Below are positions 19,095 through 27,782 of a stretch of 64,000 nucleotides of DNA, in pieces. A model generated the notes under the pieces. That model was not told where the DNA came from, searched no databases, and saw only the letters and a list, made by a program, of their open reading frames with translations. Source of the DNA: an uncultured Chloroflexota bacterium (GTDB lineage Bacteria > Chloroflexota > UBA6077 > SHYK01); the NCBI GenBank assembly GCA_964417895.1, contig CAYQJS010000014.1:15076-79075 (forward strand), read 5' to 3'. Each line of letters opens with the position of its first letter. Within the stretch, counting starts at the first letter, position 1. Both the position numbers and the translations under genes were made by a program.

Positions 19095-20030
19095 ATGAAC
19101 ACAAAGTGGACCGCCAACAGGGTGGGCGGCCAGCACGGCCGGACGGCCATCGTGACCGGTGCTAATAGCGGTCTTGGTCGGATCGTCGCGCGCGAGCTCG
19201 CCCGTGGCGGAGCCCAGGTGGTCACCGCTTGCCGCGACACCGACAAGGGCACGACGGCCGCTACAGCAATCCGGGCCGCCCTTCCCGCCGCTACCATCGA
19301 GGTTGCCCAGCTCGACCTGGCCAGCCTGGCCTCGGTGAGAGCGTTCGCCGAGCGCTTCCTAGCGAGCCATGCTCGGCTCGACTTGTTGGTGAACAACGCC
19401 GGCGTGATGGCCGCTCCACGCCAGCGGACTGAAGACGGCTTCGAGCTTCAGTTCGGTACCAATCATCTCGGTCACTTCGCGCTCACTGGGTTACTGCTTC
19501 CCGCGCTGCGTGACCGGCAAGGAGCCCGGGTCGTGACCGTCAGCAGCAATTACCACAAGGGACAGCGCATGAGGTTCGACGATCTGCAGGGCGAGCGGCA
19601 ATACTCGCGCTGGGCGGCCTACGGCCAGTCCAAGCTCGCAAACCTCCTGTTCGCTCTCGAGCTGGACCGACGGCTCAGGGCCGCCGGCCTGCCACTGACC
19701 AGCGTTGCCGCCCACCCTGGATACTCGGCCACCAATCTGCAGCTCAGCGCACCGCCGTTGTATGAGCGAGTCGTCATGCGCTTGACCAACCGCCTACTGG
19801 CCCAGAGCGCGGAGATGGGCGCGCTTCCCATCCTGTATGCGGCCACTGCTGCCGACTTGCCAGGCGGCTCTTACATCGGTCCGGACGGACCAGGGGAGAG
19901 GCGAGGCCACCCTACCCTCGTCATCCCCAGCGACCAAGCGCAGGACGTGGCGGCCGCGCGACGGCTGTGGGACATCTCGGAGCAGCTGACAGATGTGGTC
20001 TATGATCTGCCTTCGCCGGTCGCTGCGTAG
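19095..20030 (+). CDS. Short-chain dehydrogenase/reductase (SDR) family oxidoreductase
   Basis: ATG at 19095 after GGAG. It has 'TAIVTGANSGLGR' (TGxxxGxG), 'NNAG' and 'YGQSK' (YxxxK). Confidence 0.85.
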   Translation: MNTKWTANRVGGQHGRTAIVTGANSGLGRIVARELARGGAQVVTACRDTDKGTTAATAIRAALPAATIEVAQLDLASLASVRAFAERFLASHARLDLLVNNAGVMAAPRQRTEDGFELQFGTNHLGHFALTGLLLPALRDRQGARVVTVSSNYHKGQRMRFDDLQGERQYSRWAAYGQSKLANLLFALELDRRLRAAGLPLTSVAAHPGYSATNLQLSAPPLYERVVMRLTNRLLAQSAEMGALPILYAATAADLPGGSYIGPDGPGERRGHPTLVIPSDQAQDVAAARRLWDISEQLTDVVYDLPSPVAA

Positions 20031-20202
20031 CGGTGAGACTAGAAAGTTGAACGAGTTGGCCCCGCGCCAGCCTCGATGCCCAGCACCCCCCGTATGACGG
20101 CTGCGTATTATGATGGCAGTCGCAATACTTCTTTCTTTGCCCTCCGGTTCCAGGCGTTGGCCGCTCCCGCTTCTCAATCAACGTGCCCAGCAAGGAGGAT
20201 TG

Positions 20203-21315
20203 GTGTCAATCACGCTCGTAGTGACCCGAGGCAACGGATCGATGGACTTGTACAGCTCGCGGCTGGCAGAGCATCTCGACGTGCCTGTCCTGCTCACCGA
20301 CGCTTACCAGCGCAGCAGCGAGATCTTTAACGTGCCCTGGTGGAGTGGCCGCCGCCGCCGCGCACTCTCCGAGGGGCTCCGCTTCTGGTTGTCTCTGCGA
20401 CGGGTCGAGGGCGCTGTCCACCTGGCGAATCACCACCTCGGGCGCTTCGCGCTCGGCCGCTCCCAGCCGTTCATCCTTACCGTGCACGACCTGATCCGGT
20501 ATTTCGACCTGACCGGCCGCTTCGCCGAGCCGCTGATACACCGCCCCAAGGGTTGGGACCGAGCGCTCCTCCGGCTGGACTATCGCGCGGTCCGACGAGC
20601 TGCGAAGGTGATCGCCTCCTCGCAATACACCAAGCAGGACCTGGTCCGCTATCTTGGCCTGGATCCTGAGCGCATTGATGTCATCCATCTTGGGATCGAC
20701 CCGATCTTCTCACCGCGCCCGGGTGCCAGGTCACCGGAGGAGCGGTACCTGCTGTATGTCGGCGCAGAGCACCCTCGCAAGAATCTGCCGTTCCTCCTGC
20801 GCGTCTTCAAGGAGCTGAAGCACGGATTCCCCGGCCTGAAGCTGGTCAAGGTCGGACGTGCTGGGGGCGACGAGGCCGACTTCCGCGCCGCGACCATGCG
20901 CGTTGTCCGGCAGTTGGGGCTTGAGACGGACGTTCTTTTCCGTGAGTTCGTGTCGCAGGAGGAGTTGGTCAGCCTGTACAGCAACGCCGCAGCCTTCTGC
21001 TTCCCGTCCTTGTACGAGGGCTTCGGCTGGCCACCCTTGGAGGCAATGGCCTGTGGCTGCCCGGTCGTGGCCTCCTCCGCGACCGCTATCCCAGAGGTCG
21101 TCGGGGACGGCGGCCAACTCTGCCCGCCCGACGATGCAACAGCTTGGGTGAGCGCCATCGGCCTAATCCTGGAGGACACAGCAGTCGCCCGAGAGTGGCG
21201 TGAACGAGGCCTCGCCCGTGCTCGCCAGTTCTCTTGGGAAGAGGCTGCGCGTAAGGTGCTGGCCGTCTACCGCGAACTCGACGGGCGCTCAGTCACAGTG
21301 GACCCCCCGCATTAG
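20203..21315 (+). CDS. Glycosyltransferase family 4 (GT-B, GT1 superfamily)
   Basis: GTG at 20203 after AAGGAGG. The C-terminal 'FCFPSLYEGFGWPPLEAMACGCPVV' is the E-x7-E region. Confidence 0.8.
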   Translation: MSITLVVTRGNGSMDLYSSRLAEHLDVPVLLTDAYQRSSEIFNVPWWSGRRRRALSEGLRFWLSLRRVEGAVHLANHHLGRFALGRSQPFILTVHDLIRYFDLTGRFAEPLIHRPKGWDRALLRLDYRAVRRAAKVIASSQYTKQDLVRYLGLDPERIDVIHLGIDPIFSPRPGARSPEERYLLYVGAEHPRKNLPFLLRVFKELKHGFPGLKLVKVGRAGGDEADFRAATMRVVRQLGLETDVLFREFVSQEELVSLYSNAAAFCFPSLYEGFGWPPLEAMACGCPVVASSATAIPEVVGDGGQLCPPDDATAWVSAIGLILEDTAVAREWRERGLARARQFSWEEAARKVLAVYRELDGRSVTVDPPH

Positions 21316-21464
21316 CAGCTCTTCGTCTCAGCCGGCTCCGAGACCTCGGATTCTGTTCAGCTATTTGGCCGTCGGGTCCCCTCGGGCGTCAGCCGTGAGC
21401 CGTGAACCACCGTGGCCAGCGAACAGCCCTCGGCCACAGGCCCGCCGATGAATGCGGTCGATGG

Positions 21465-22196
21465 TTACGATAGGGGGACGAACAGGATCCTGCCGCAGCT
21501 CGTGCAGGCGACGAGCTCGGCGCCGATCCGCGCCCGCTGCTCCTGCGCTGGGGTGAGCGCCACGCGGCACGCCTGGCAGGTTCGTTGCTGCACCTGGGCA
21601 ACCGCGACTCCGCCTTTCTGGCGCCGAAGCGTGTCATACGTCGAGCAGACAGGAGGGCCGACTGCATCGGCAGCCGCCGCACGCTGCTGCTCGAGCGCTG
21701 CCACCCCCGACTCGGTCTCCCGCAGCCGGGTTTTGGCCTGCTCCTGCCGGGTGTTCCAGGAACGGGTCTCCTCGCGCAGAGTGCTTTCGAGCTCCCTCAC
21801 CCGCGAGGCGGTGGCGTCGATCTGGTCGAAGAGTGCGAGCAGCTTGTCCTCGATGGCGCTCAGCTGCCGTTTATCCTGGGCGACCTCGTCGGCGAGGCTG
21901 GCGAGCTCTTTGGGGTTGGTGACGCGCCCGCCATAGAGCTTCCCCTCGTCAGCGGCGATTTTGCTTCGCCGTTCCTCGGCCTGAAGCTCGAGGTCGGGCT
22001 GCTGGGCCTCGAGTCGTCGGAGCTCCTGGCGGGCCCGCTCCGTCTCCGCCGCCCGCGCGGCCACCGGCCCAGTCTCCCTGAGCTGAGCGCCCAACTGAGC
22101 GAGCGTTGCTCGGGCAGAGTCGATTTTGCTGTCGATGTCCTGCAGCTGGCGAAGCGCGTCGACCGTGCGCATGTGAGTGGCCCGCGACCCCCTCAC
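21465..22196 (-). CDS. Coiled-coil / C4 zinc-ribbon protein (COG1579-like)
   Basis: Long heptad-rich region followed by 'CQACRV...CTSCGRIL' (CxxC-N~20-CxxC). Confidence 0.7.
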   Translation of the reverse strand: MRGSRATHMRTVDALRQLQDIDSKIDSARATLAQLGAQLRETGPVAARAAETERARQELRRLEAQQPDLELQAEERRSKIAADEGKLYGGRVTNPKELASLADEVAQDKRQLSAIEDKLLALFDQIDATASRVRELESTLREETRSWNTRQEQAKTRLRETESGVAALEQQRAAAADAVGPPVCSTYDTLRRQKGGVAVAQVQQRTCQACRVALTPAQEQRARIGAELVACTSCGRILFVPLS

Positions 22197-22229
22197 TCAG
22201 ACATCCCCTCCAATTGGGAGAGGGAATCG

Positions 22230-22934
22230 CTAATTCAGACGGAGCACCTTGAAGGCCTCCGCGTAGGCTAGTCCGTGGGGCTCGCCTATCTCTCTGGCCC
22301 GGGATCGCTGCCGCTCGGCCCGGCGTTCCGCGCTACTATCGCGCAGCTGGCTCTCGTGGGCGGCGGCTGCGTGGATCTTCGTCTCGATCGTGTCCGAAAT
22401 ATCCACCCACGTGTCGGGCTCCCCGGTCCCAAAGAGGTAGATCTCGTGCACCCGAGAGACCTCCAGCCCGTTGCGAAGCTGCTCTGGGAAGAACAGGTGG
22501 TCGCGGGCGGCGATGACCGCGTCGATGGAAGTGATGCCGACCGCGCGATGGTCCGGGTGGAGCTGATACGGCCGCCAGGGATCGAACGTCATAACGGTGT
22601 TCGCGCGGACCTGCCGGATGACGCGGCACACTTCGCCGCGGAGGCTGAGGTTCGCCTCGACCTCCCCGTCGTTGTGCCGCAGAAAGTGGCAGCTGCTCGC
22701 GCCGAGCCGGCTCGCCGCCTCGCGCTGTTCGCACTCGCGGACCTCCGTGAGCTGCTCCGGCGTCACACTCCGGTCGTGCGTGCCCTTGTTCCCGCTTGTC
22801 ACCGACAGATAATGGACTTCGTGGCCGTCGAGCACGAATCTGGCAATGGTCCCGCCCGCGGAGAAGTCCACGTCGTCCGGATGGGCCTGGATGGCTAGGA
22901 TGATCTTTGGCTGTGGCGCCTGGGGCTGCTCCAC
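22230..22934 (-). CDS. PIG-L (LmbE-like) family N-acetylglucosaminyl deacetylase
   Basis: It has 'ILAIQAHPDDVDFSAGGTIARF' (AHPDD motif) and 'HPDHRAVG'. It lies directly downstream of the MshA-like gene. Confidence 0.8.
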   Translation of the reverse strand: MEQPQAPQPKIILAIQAHPDDVDFSAGGTIARFVLDGHEVHYLSVTSGNKGTHDRSVTPEQLTEVRECEQREAASRLGASSCHFLRHNDGEVEANLSLRGEVCRVIRQVRANTVMTFDPWRPYQLHPDHRAVGITSIDAVIAARDHLFFPEQLRNGLEVSRVHEIYLFGTGEPDTWVDISDTIETKIHAAAAHESQLRDSSAERRAERQRSRAREIGEPHGLAYAEAFKVLRLN

Positions 22935-22947
22935 CGCCGTCGCTCTG

Positions 22948-24306
22948 CTATCCGCGCAGCAGGCTTACGGGCCGGGGACCGGCCTGTGCCTGAATCAGGC
23001 TTTCGTACAGATCGACGAGCTGGGTGGCGACCCGGTCCCAGCCGAACTCCATGGCCCGCGCGCGGGCGGCGCGCCCGAGCCGGTCGCCGAGGGCAGGATC
23101 GTTCAGGGTATCGCCGATGCGGTCGGCGTAGATCGCCGGATCGCGCCACGGGATCAGGTAGCCCGTCTTCCCGTCTTGCACTGTCGCCTGGAGGCCGCCC
23201 ACACGGGCCGCGACGACCGGGGTTCCGCACGCCATGGATTCAACGGCCACGAGGCCGAAAGACTCGTAGGTGGAGGGCATCACGGTGACGTTGGCCGCCT
23301 GGTAGTACTGGGCCAGCTCCTCGTGGGCAACCGCGCCGCGCCATTCGACCCGGCCCTCGATGCCCAGCTCGCGGCAGAGCGCCCTCAGCCGCCGCAGCTC
23401 GCGTGCCTCCGGGTCGTCTCTAGCTCCGGTCGGTCGGCCGCCGACGATTATGGCTCGGAACGGCTGCACGTCGCCCCGGGCCTCCCGGGCGGCGAGCACG
23501 TGCACTGCGCGGAGAAGGAGCTCGATGCCTTTGAGCTGCTGGATCCGCCCCACGAACAAAACCGTCGCTGCGTCCTCGAGGCCCAGTGCTCTGCGGGCGG
23601 CGTCGCGCGAGCCAGGCTGGAACTGGCGGACGTCGACGCCGCACGGCACGACACTGATGTGGGCGTCGTCGGCGCCGTAGTACAGCTCCAGGTGATCGCC
23701 ATCGACACGCGTGGAGGCCACGACCCGGTCCGCGGTTGCCACCGTGAGTCTCTCGATGCCCACACGGACGTCGGCTTCCCACTCGTCGGGGTTCAGGGAT
23801 ACCTGGTTCTTCAGCTCGCCCAGCGTGTGGAACATCGCCACCATGGGGACGCGCCAGGCGTTCTTGAAATACCCCCCCACCCGGCCGGACAGCCAGTAGT
23901 GGCTGTGGACGAGGTCGTAGAGTCCCCCGTCCCGCTGCCCGTCGTCCTTTTGCCCGTCGTCCCTTTGCCCGTCGTCCCGCCCGTCGTCCCTTTGAATAAA
24001 GTCCCGCATGTTGCAGATGAACTCTGGCAGATGTTCGACGACGCGCTCCTTCTGCAGATACCGAGGCGGACCGGCGGGAACGTGGATGACTCGGGCGTGA
24101 GTGGCGAACTGCACGACGTCCGCGCCCTCCGGGCCCTGCCGACGGGTGAAGACGTCGACCTGCACTCCGAGGTCGCTGAGGTGGCGGCTGACCTCGCGGA
24201 TATAGATGTTCATGCCGCCCGTCTCCCAAGCCCCAGGGGGCGCGAGCGGACATGCATGGACGCTAATAGTGGCGACGCGAAGTCGAGACGTGTGTGATCG
24301 TGCCAT
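22948..24306 (-). CDS. MshA-like retaining GT4 glycosyltransferase (D-inositol-3-phosphate glycosyltransferase-like)
   Basis: 'ISVHACPLAPPGAWETGGMNIYIREV' is MshA-type, and 'MPSTYESFGLVAVESMACGTPVVA' is present. I chose the ATG at 24306 because the longer ORF would overlap the tRNA. Confidence 0.8.
   Translation of the reverse strand: MARSHTSRLRVATISVHACPLAPPGAWETGGMNIYIREVSRHLSDLGVQVDVFTRRQGPEGADVVQFATHARVIHVPAGPPRYLQKERVVEHLPEFICNMRDFIQRDDGRDDGQRDDGQKDDGQRDGGLYDLVHSHYWLSGRVGGYFKNAWRVPMVAMFHTLGELKNQVSLNPDEWEADVRVGIERLTVATADRVVASTRVDGDHLELYYGADDAHISVVPCGVDVRQFQPGSRDAARRALGLEDAATVLFVGRIQQLKGIELLLRAVHVLAAREARGDVQPFRAIIVGGRPTGARDDPEARELRRLRALCRELGIEGRVEWRGAVAHEELAQYYQAANVTVMPSTYESFGLVAVESMACGTPVVAARVGGLQATVQDGKTGYLIPWRDPAIYADRIGDTLNDPALGDRLGRAARARAMEFGWDRVATQLVDLYESLIQAQAGPRPVSLLRG
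23926..23992 (-). repeat. In-frame tandem repeat (about 15-nt unit GCCCGTCGTCCYTTT) inside the MshA-like gene
   Basis: About four consecutive units (one is 12 nt) are visible on the + strand. They are translated as RDDGRDDGQRDDGQKDDGQRDGG. Confidence 0.8.
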
Positions 24307-24351
24307 CGTGGGCAGCAGCGCCCTCGTTTGGAGATAGCCAAAGCGCGCAGG

Positions 24352-24423
24352 TAGGCCCGGAAGGAGTCGAACCTTCGGCATGTCGCTTATAAGGCGACTG
24401 CTCTACCGCTGAGCTACGGGCCC
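24352..24423 (-). tRNA. tRNA-Ile, anticodon UAU
   Basis: Minus-strand sequence: GGGCCCG-TA-GCTC-AGCGGTA-GAGC-A-GTCGC-CTTATAA-GCGAC-ATGCC-GAAGG-TTCGACT-CCTTC-CGGGCCT-A. It folds as a canonical cloverleaf with a G1-U72 wobble. Anticodon positions 34-36 are TAT. CCA is not encoded. Confidence 0.8.
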
Positions 24424-24504
24424 AGACTGTGGGTCCAGTATAGCATCCGTCCCGGGCCTGGTCGTGCTGGCGGCCGGCCAGCGGTATGCGCCAGCATACG
24501 CGGC

Positions 24505-26226
24505 ATGGAGACCACCGGCCTGCTGGTGACGTTGATCTTCGCCCTGGGCGCCGCCCTCCTCGGTGGCGCCCTGGCTGCGAGGATGGGCCAGTCCGTCATC
24601 ATCGGCTACATCCTCGCCGGTGTGGCCATCGGCCCATTCACCCCGGGACCCGCGGGCGACGTAGCTGCGGTCCAGGCGCTCGCGGACGTCGGCGTGATCC
24701 TCCTGATGTTCGCTGTGGGAGTGCAGCTTCCGCTCCGCGATCTGCTGCGGACGGGTGGCCTGACAGTCGTCGGCGGGGTGCTCCAGGTGCTGACGATTCT
24801 GGGGCTGGGATATTTCCTGGGGTCCGCACTCGGCTGGCGTCCGCTGGAGGCGCTGCTCCTCGGCGCCGTGGTTGCCATCTCTTCCACCACGGTGCTGGCC
24901 AAGATCCTGGCGGACCGCGGGGAGATGGAGTCGCCCCACGGGCAGCTCGCCCTGGGTTGGGCCGCCGTTCAGGACCTGAGCACCGTGGTTTTCGTCGTGG
25001 TTCTCTCGGCGCTCGGGACAGGCAGCTCCGCATTGGCCGCGGACGTGGCGCTGGGTGCCGGCAAAGCAGCGCTCTTTCTGCTGCTCATCGGGCCGATCGG
25101 CTCCCGGATCCTCCCATGGCTCTTCGAATGGGTCGCTGCGCTTCGTAACCGTGAGGTCTTCGTTCTCACGGTCGCCGTGGTTGCCCTCGGGATCGCCTAT
25201 CTCTCATCGTGGTTCGGGCTGTCCCTCGCGCTGGGAGCATTTGTAGCGGGCGTCGTCGTGTCTGAGTCGGATCTGTCCCACCAGATTCTGGGCGAGATCA
25301 TGCCGCTGCGCGACATCTTCGCCGGGCTCTTTTTTGTCTCGATCGGGATGCTCGTCAATCCCGCTCTCGTGGTGAGCGACCCGGTGTTTCTTGCCGGCGT
25401 CATCGGGCTCATCGTGCTCGTGAAGGGGGTGCTCATCGCTGCGACGTCGGCGGTGGGGGGCGCCTCGGTGCGGACAGCAATACTGTCGGCGGCGCTGCTA
25501 GCGCAGGCCGGGGAATTCTCGTTCCTGCTTGCCCGTCAGGGGATCGAGCTGGGCCTGCTGCGCCCCCACGTGTTCAACCTGATGCTGGCGGGCTCCGCGG
25601 CGACAGTACTGCTATCCGCGCCCATCTATGGGGCGGGTCGTCTGCTCGCCCGGTGGGTGGAGGCGCGCCTTACGGTTCGTGGGGCAAGCAAGGTCGAGAG
25701 AGAAGGCGAGTCCGGACACAGCCTGAGGGGCCACGCGGTGATCTGCGGCTACGGCCGCGTTGGCCGCGTTATCGGGGCTGCGCTACGGCGGCGCGGCTTC
25801 TCGTTCATCGTGATCGAGCAGGACCAGGGCGTCGTGCGCGGGCTGCGCGCGAAGGGGGTTTCCGCCCTTCTGGGCAATGCCGCCAACCCTATCCTGCTGG
25901 ATCGGGTGGCCCTGGGCCAGGCGCGCGTGCTGGTGGTCGCGATCCCCGACCCGCTGGCCGCGCGACAGGTCGTGGAGTTCGCGCGGCGGGCCAATCAGCG
26001 ACTCGACATCGTTGTCCGCACCCACACCGCGGCCGAGATGGGATTCATGCGGGGGCGAGGGGTGGGCGAGGCCGTGATGGGCGAGCTCGAGCTGGCCCTC
26101 GAGATGACGCGCCACACCTTGCATCGCTTCGGCGTCAGCGGCGGCGAGACGCTGGCGACGCTGCAAGGTCTCCGCGAGCGAGTCGTAGTGGACGAGGGTC
26201 TCGACGCGTGGGAGGTGGAGGAGTGA
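24505..26226 (+). CDS. CPA2-family cation:proton antiporter with C-terminal RCK/TrkA-N domain (Kef-type)
   Basis: 573 aa with about 12 TM helices, followed by 'AVICGYGRVGRVIGAAL' (GxGxxG Rossmann motif of TrkA-N). Confidence 0.85.
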   Translation: METTGLLVTLIFALGAALLGGALAARMGQSVIIGYILAGVAIGPFTPGPAGDVAAVQALADVGVILLMFAVGVQLPLRDLLRTGGLTVVGGVLQVLTILGLGYFLGSALGWRPLEALLLGAVVAISSTTVLAKILADRGEMESPHGQLALGWAAVQDLSTVVFVVVLSALGTGSSALAADVALGAGKAALFLLLIGPIGSRILPWLFEWVAALRNREVFVLTVAVVALGIAYLSSWFGLSLALGAFVAGVVVSESDLSHQILGEIMPLRDIFAGLFFVSIGMLVNPALVVSDPVFLAGVIGLIVLVKGVLIAATSAVGGASVRTAILSAALLAQAGEFSFLLARQGIELGLLRPHVFNLMLAGSAATVLLSAPIYGAGRLLARWVEARLTVRGASKVEREGESGHSLRGHAVICGYGRVGRVIGAALRRRGFSFIVIEQDQGVVRGLRAKGVSALLGNAANPILLDRVALGQARVLVVAIPDPLAARQVVEFARRANQRLDIVVRTHTAAEMGFMRGRGVGEAVMGELELALEMTRHTLHRFGVSGGETLATLQGLRERVVVDEGLDAWEVEE

Positions 26227-26290
26227 GCGCAGCATCAGCAAGCGGCTCAAAAGCGTGATGGATGCGCCGCTCGCGCCGACGCCCCTTGGG

Positions 26291-26408
26291 CGTTACCCCT
26301 CCCCCGCAACGGGGGAGGGGGCCAGTTCTCTTCTCCCTCCCCCTCGACGGGGGAGGGTTGGGGTGGGGGTGACCGTGATCCCGACATCCACAGGAACTGA
26401 CCCACTAC
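26291..26408. repeat. G/C-rich double-hairpin intergenic element, copy 1
   Basis: It contains CCCCTCCCCC-gcaac-GGGGGAGGGG and CTCCCTCCCCC-tcgac-GGGGGAGGG, then 'gggtgaccgtgat..c....cataggaactg.cccacta'. A second copy is at 44303-44428. Confidence 0.7.
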
Positions 26409-27355
26409 GTGGCACCGGCAGTCTGCTCGGCAAGGGCGGTGCGGGACCTCAGGAAGAAGTAGCCGACGACGACGAACGTAATAACCGGCGAGACCCACGA
26501 GGGAACGTGCGCTCCGAAACTCTCCAGCACCATGATCGCGCCCAGGAAGAGGATCGAGTACATCGCCCCGTTCTTCATGTAGATGTACCGCTTGATGCGC
26601 TCGATGTTGCTGACCGTGAACTGCCTGACGACGATCGCCCCGAGACCGTTGCCGATCAGAATCAGCGGGACGGACAAGGTGAAAGCGAACGCACCGAGCA
26701 CTCCATCGATCGAGAACGTCGCATCAATCACGATGAGATAGAGCACTTTGCTGGTGTCGGATATTCCCGCGGTCCCTTCCACCAGCTCCTGCTCTCGCTT
26801 CTCTGCGTTTTCTCTGAACCCATGCGTGATGAAAAAAGCAGTCGACCCGAGGACTGCCCCGAATGCCAGCGATGCGTTCACCTGGAGCGCAAACCAGACG
26901 AGACCCGACAGCACAAATGAGACGACCGCGAAAAACCAGACGCCGTGCTGATGGATGAAGCGCTCGCCTATCAATCCGTAGTACTTCTGCTCCAGAAACA
27001 GCCAGGAAAAGAAGAGGAAGACGAGAAACGTACCTCCGCCGATCAGGAGGACCGGTGCGGCTTCCTCAATGGCGGCCAGAACCTGTGGATCGCTGCTGAA
27101 CGTGGCCGTGAGCGCTCCAACGGGCCCCAGGGAGGGAATGGCTGCCCAGACGATGAGCCAGGGCAGGAGCCCCCTGATGCCGAAAACGGCGATCAGAAGC
27201 CCCCAGGACAGGAACCAGCGCCTGGCCCGCTGCCCCATCGTGGACAACACTTGCGCATTGATGATGGCGTTGTCGATGCTGCTGACCGTTTCGAAGAGCA
27301 TCAAGCCCGAAATGATCACAAGGATCGCCAGCACATCGGCAAATTGGAGGTTCAA
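26405..27355 (-). CDS. DUF475 / TerC-related integral membrane protein
   Basis: 316 aa with 'LFETVSSIDNAIINAQVL' (E-x-x-x-S-x-DN motif) repeated in the second half ('VIDATFSIDGVLGA'). Confidence 0.7.
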   Translation of the reverse strand: MNLQFADVLAILVIISGLMLFETVSSIDNAIINAQVLSTMGQRARRWFLSWGLLIAVFGIRGLLPWLIVWAAIPSLGPVGALTATFSSDPQVLAAIEEAAPVLLIGGGTFLVFLFFSWLFLEQKYYGLIGERFIHQHGVWFFAVVSFVLSGLVWFALQVNASLAFGAVLGSTAFFITHGFRENAEKREQELVEGTAGISDTSKVLYLIVIDATFSIDGVLGAFAFTLSVPLILIGNGLGAIVVRQFTVSNIERIKRYIYMKNGAMYSILFLGAIMVLESFGAHVPSWVSPVITFVVVGYFFLRSRTALAEQTAGAT

Positions 27356-27464
27356 AGGGACACATCCAACAGCATGGATTGGGATAGCACTACGACGGCG
27401 AGAGACACGAGATGGAGGTGTTACCCCGGAATTGTAGCCTGGCGGCGGCTATGAGCCGTCCCGA

Positions 27465-27782
27465 TCACGAGGAGGGCCGATGCGGCAGTTCGAGGTGCGA
27501 CGACCCGCTCGAATCCTGACCTTCTGGGTCCGCGGCCATCCACCTGCGCCCCACCGTTGCGCACCAGTAACTCACCACTGCCATCCCGAGCAGCGCACCC
27601 GCTGCCTGGGCCAGAGGGCGGTCGACCGTCGGCCAGAGCGCCGCAACGGCGGCGCCGGCGATGAGGCCCACGATCAGGCCGACGCCGACCACGGCGAGCC
27701 AGACGGTGGCTCGGGCGACGACCTCATCGAAGTCGCCCGCAAGGCGCCTCAGACCTCGGATGCGGTGCCGGGGCCCGGTCAC
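27465..27782 (-). CDS. Small two-TM membrane protein, translationally coupled to kimA
   Basis: Its start overlaps the kimA stop (ATGA at 27779-27782). It has two hydrophobic helices and no recognisable family. Confidence 0.45.
   Translation of the reverse strand: MTGPRHRIRGLRRLAGDFDEVVARATVWLAVVGVGLIVGLIAGAAVAALWPTVDRPLAQAAGALLGMAVVSYWCATVGRRWMAADPEGQDSSGSSHLELPHRPSS

Noticed and set aside
23926-23992. Short tandem repeat as a CRISPR-like or minisatellite locus.
   Set aside because: The units are contiguous with no spacers, and they lie in frame inside a conserved glycosyltransferase gene.
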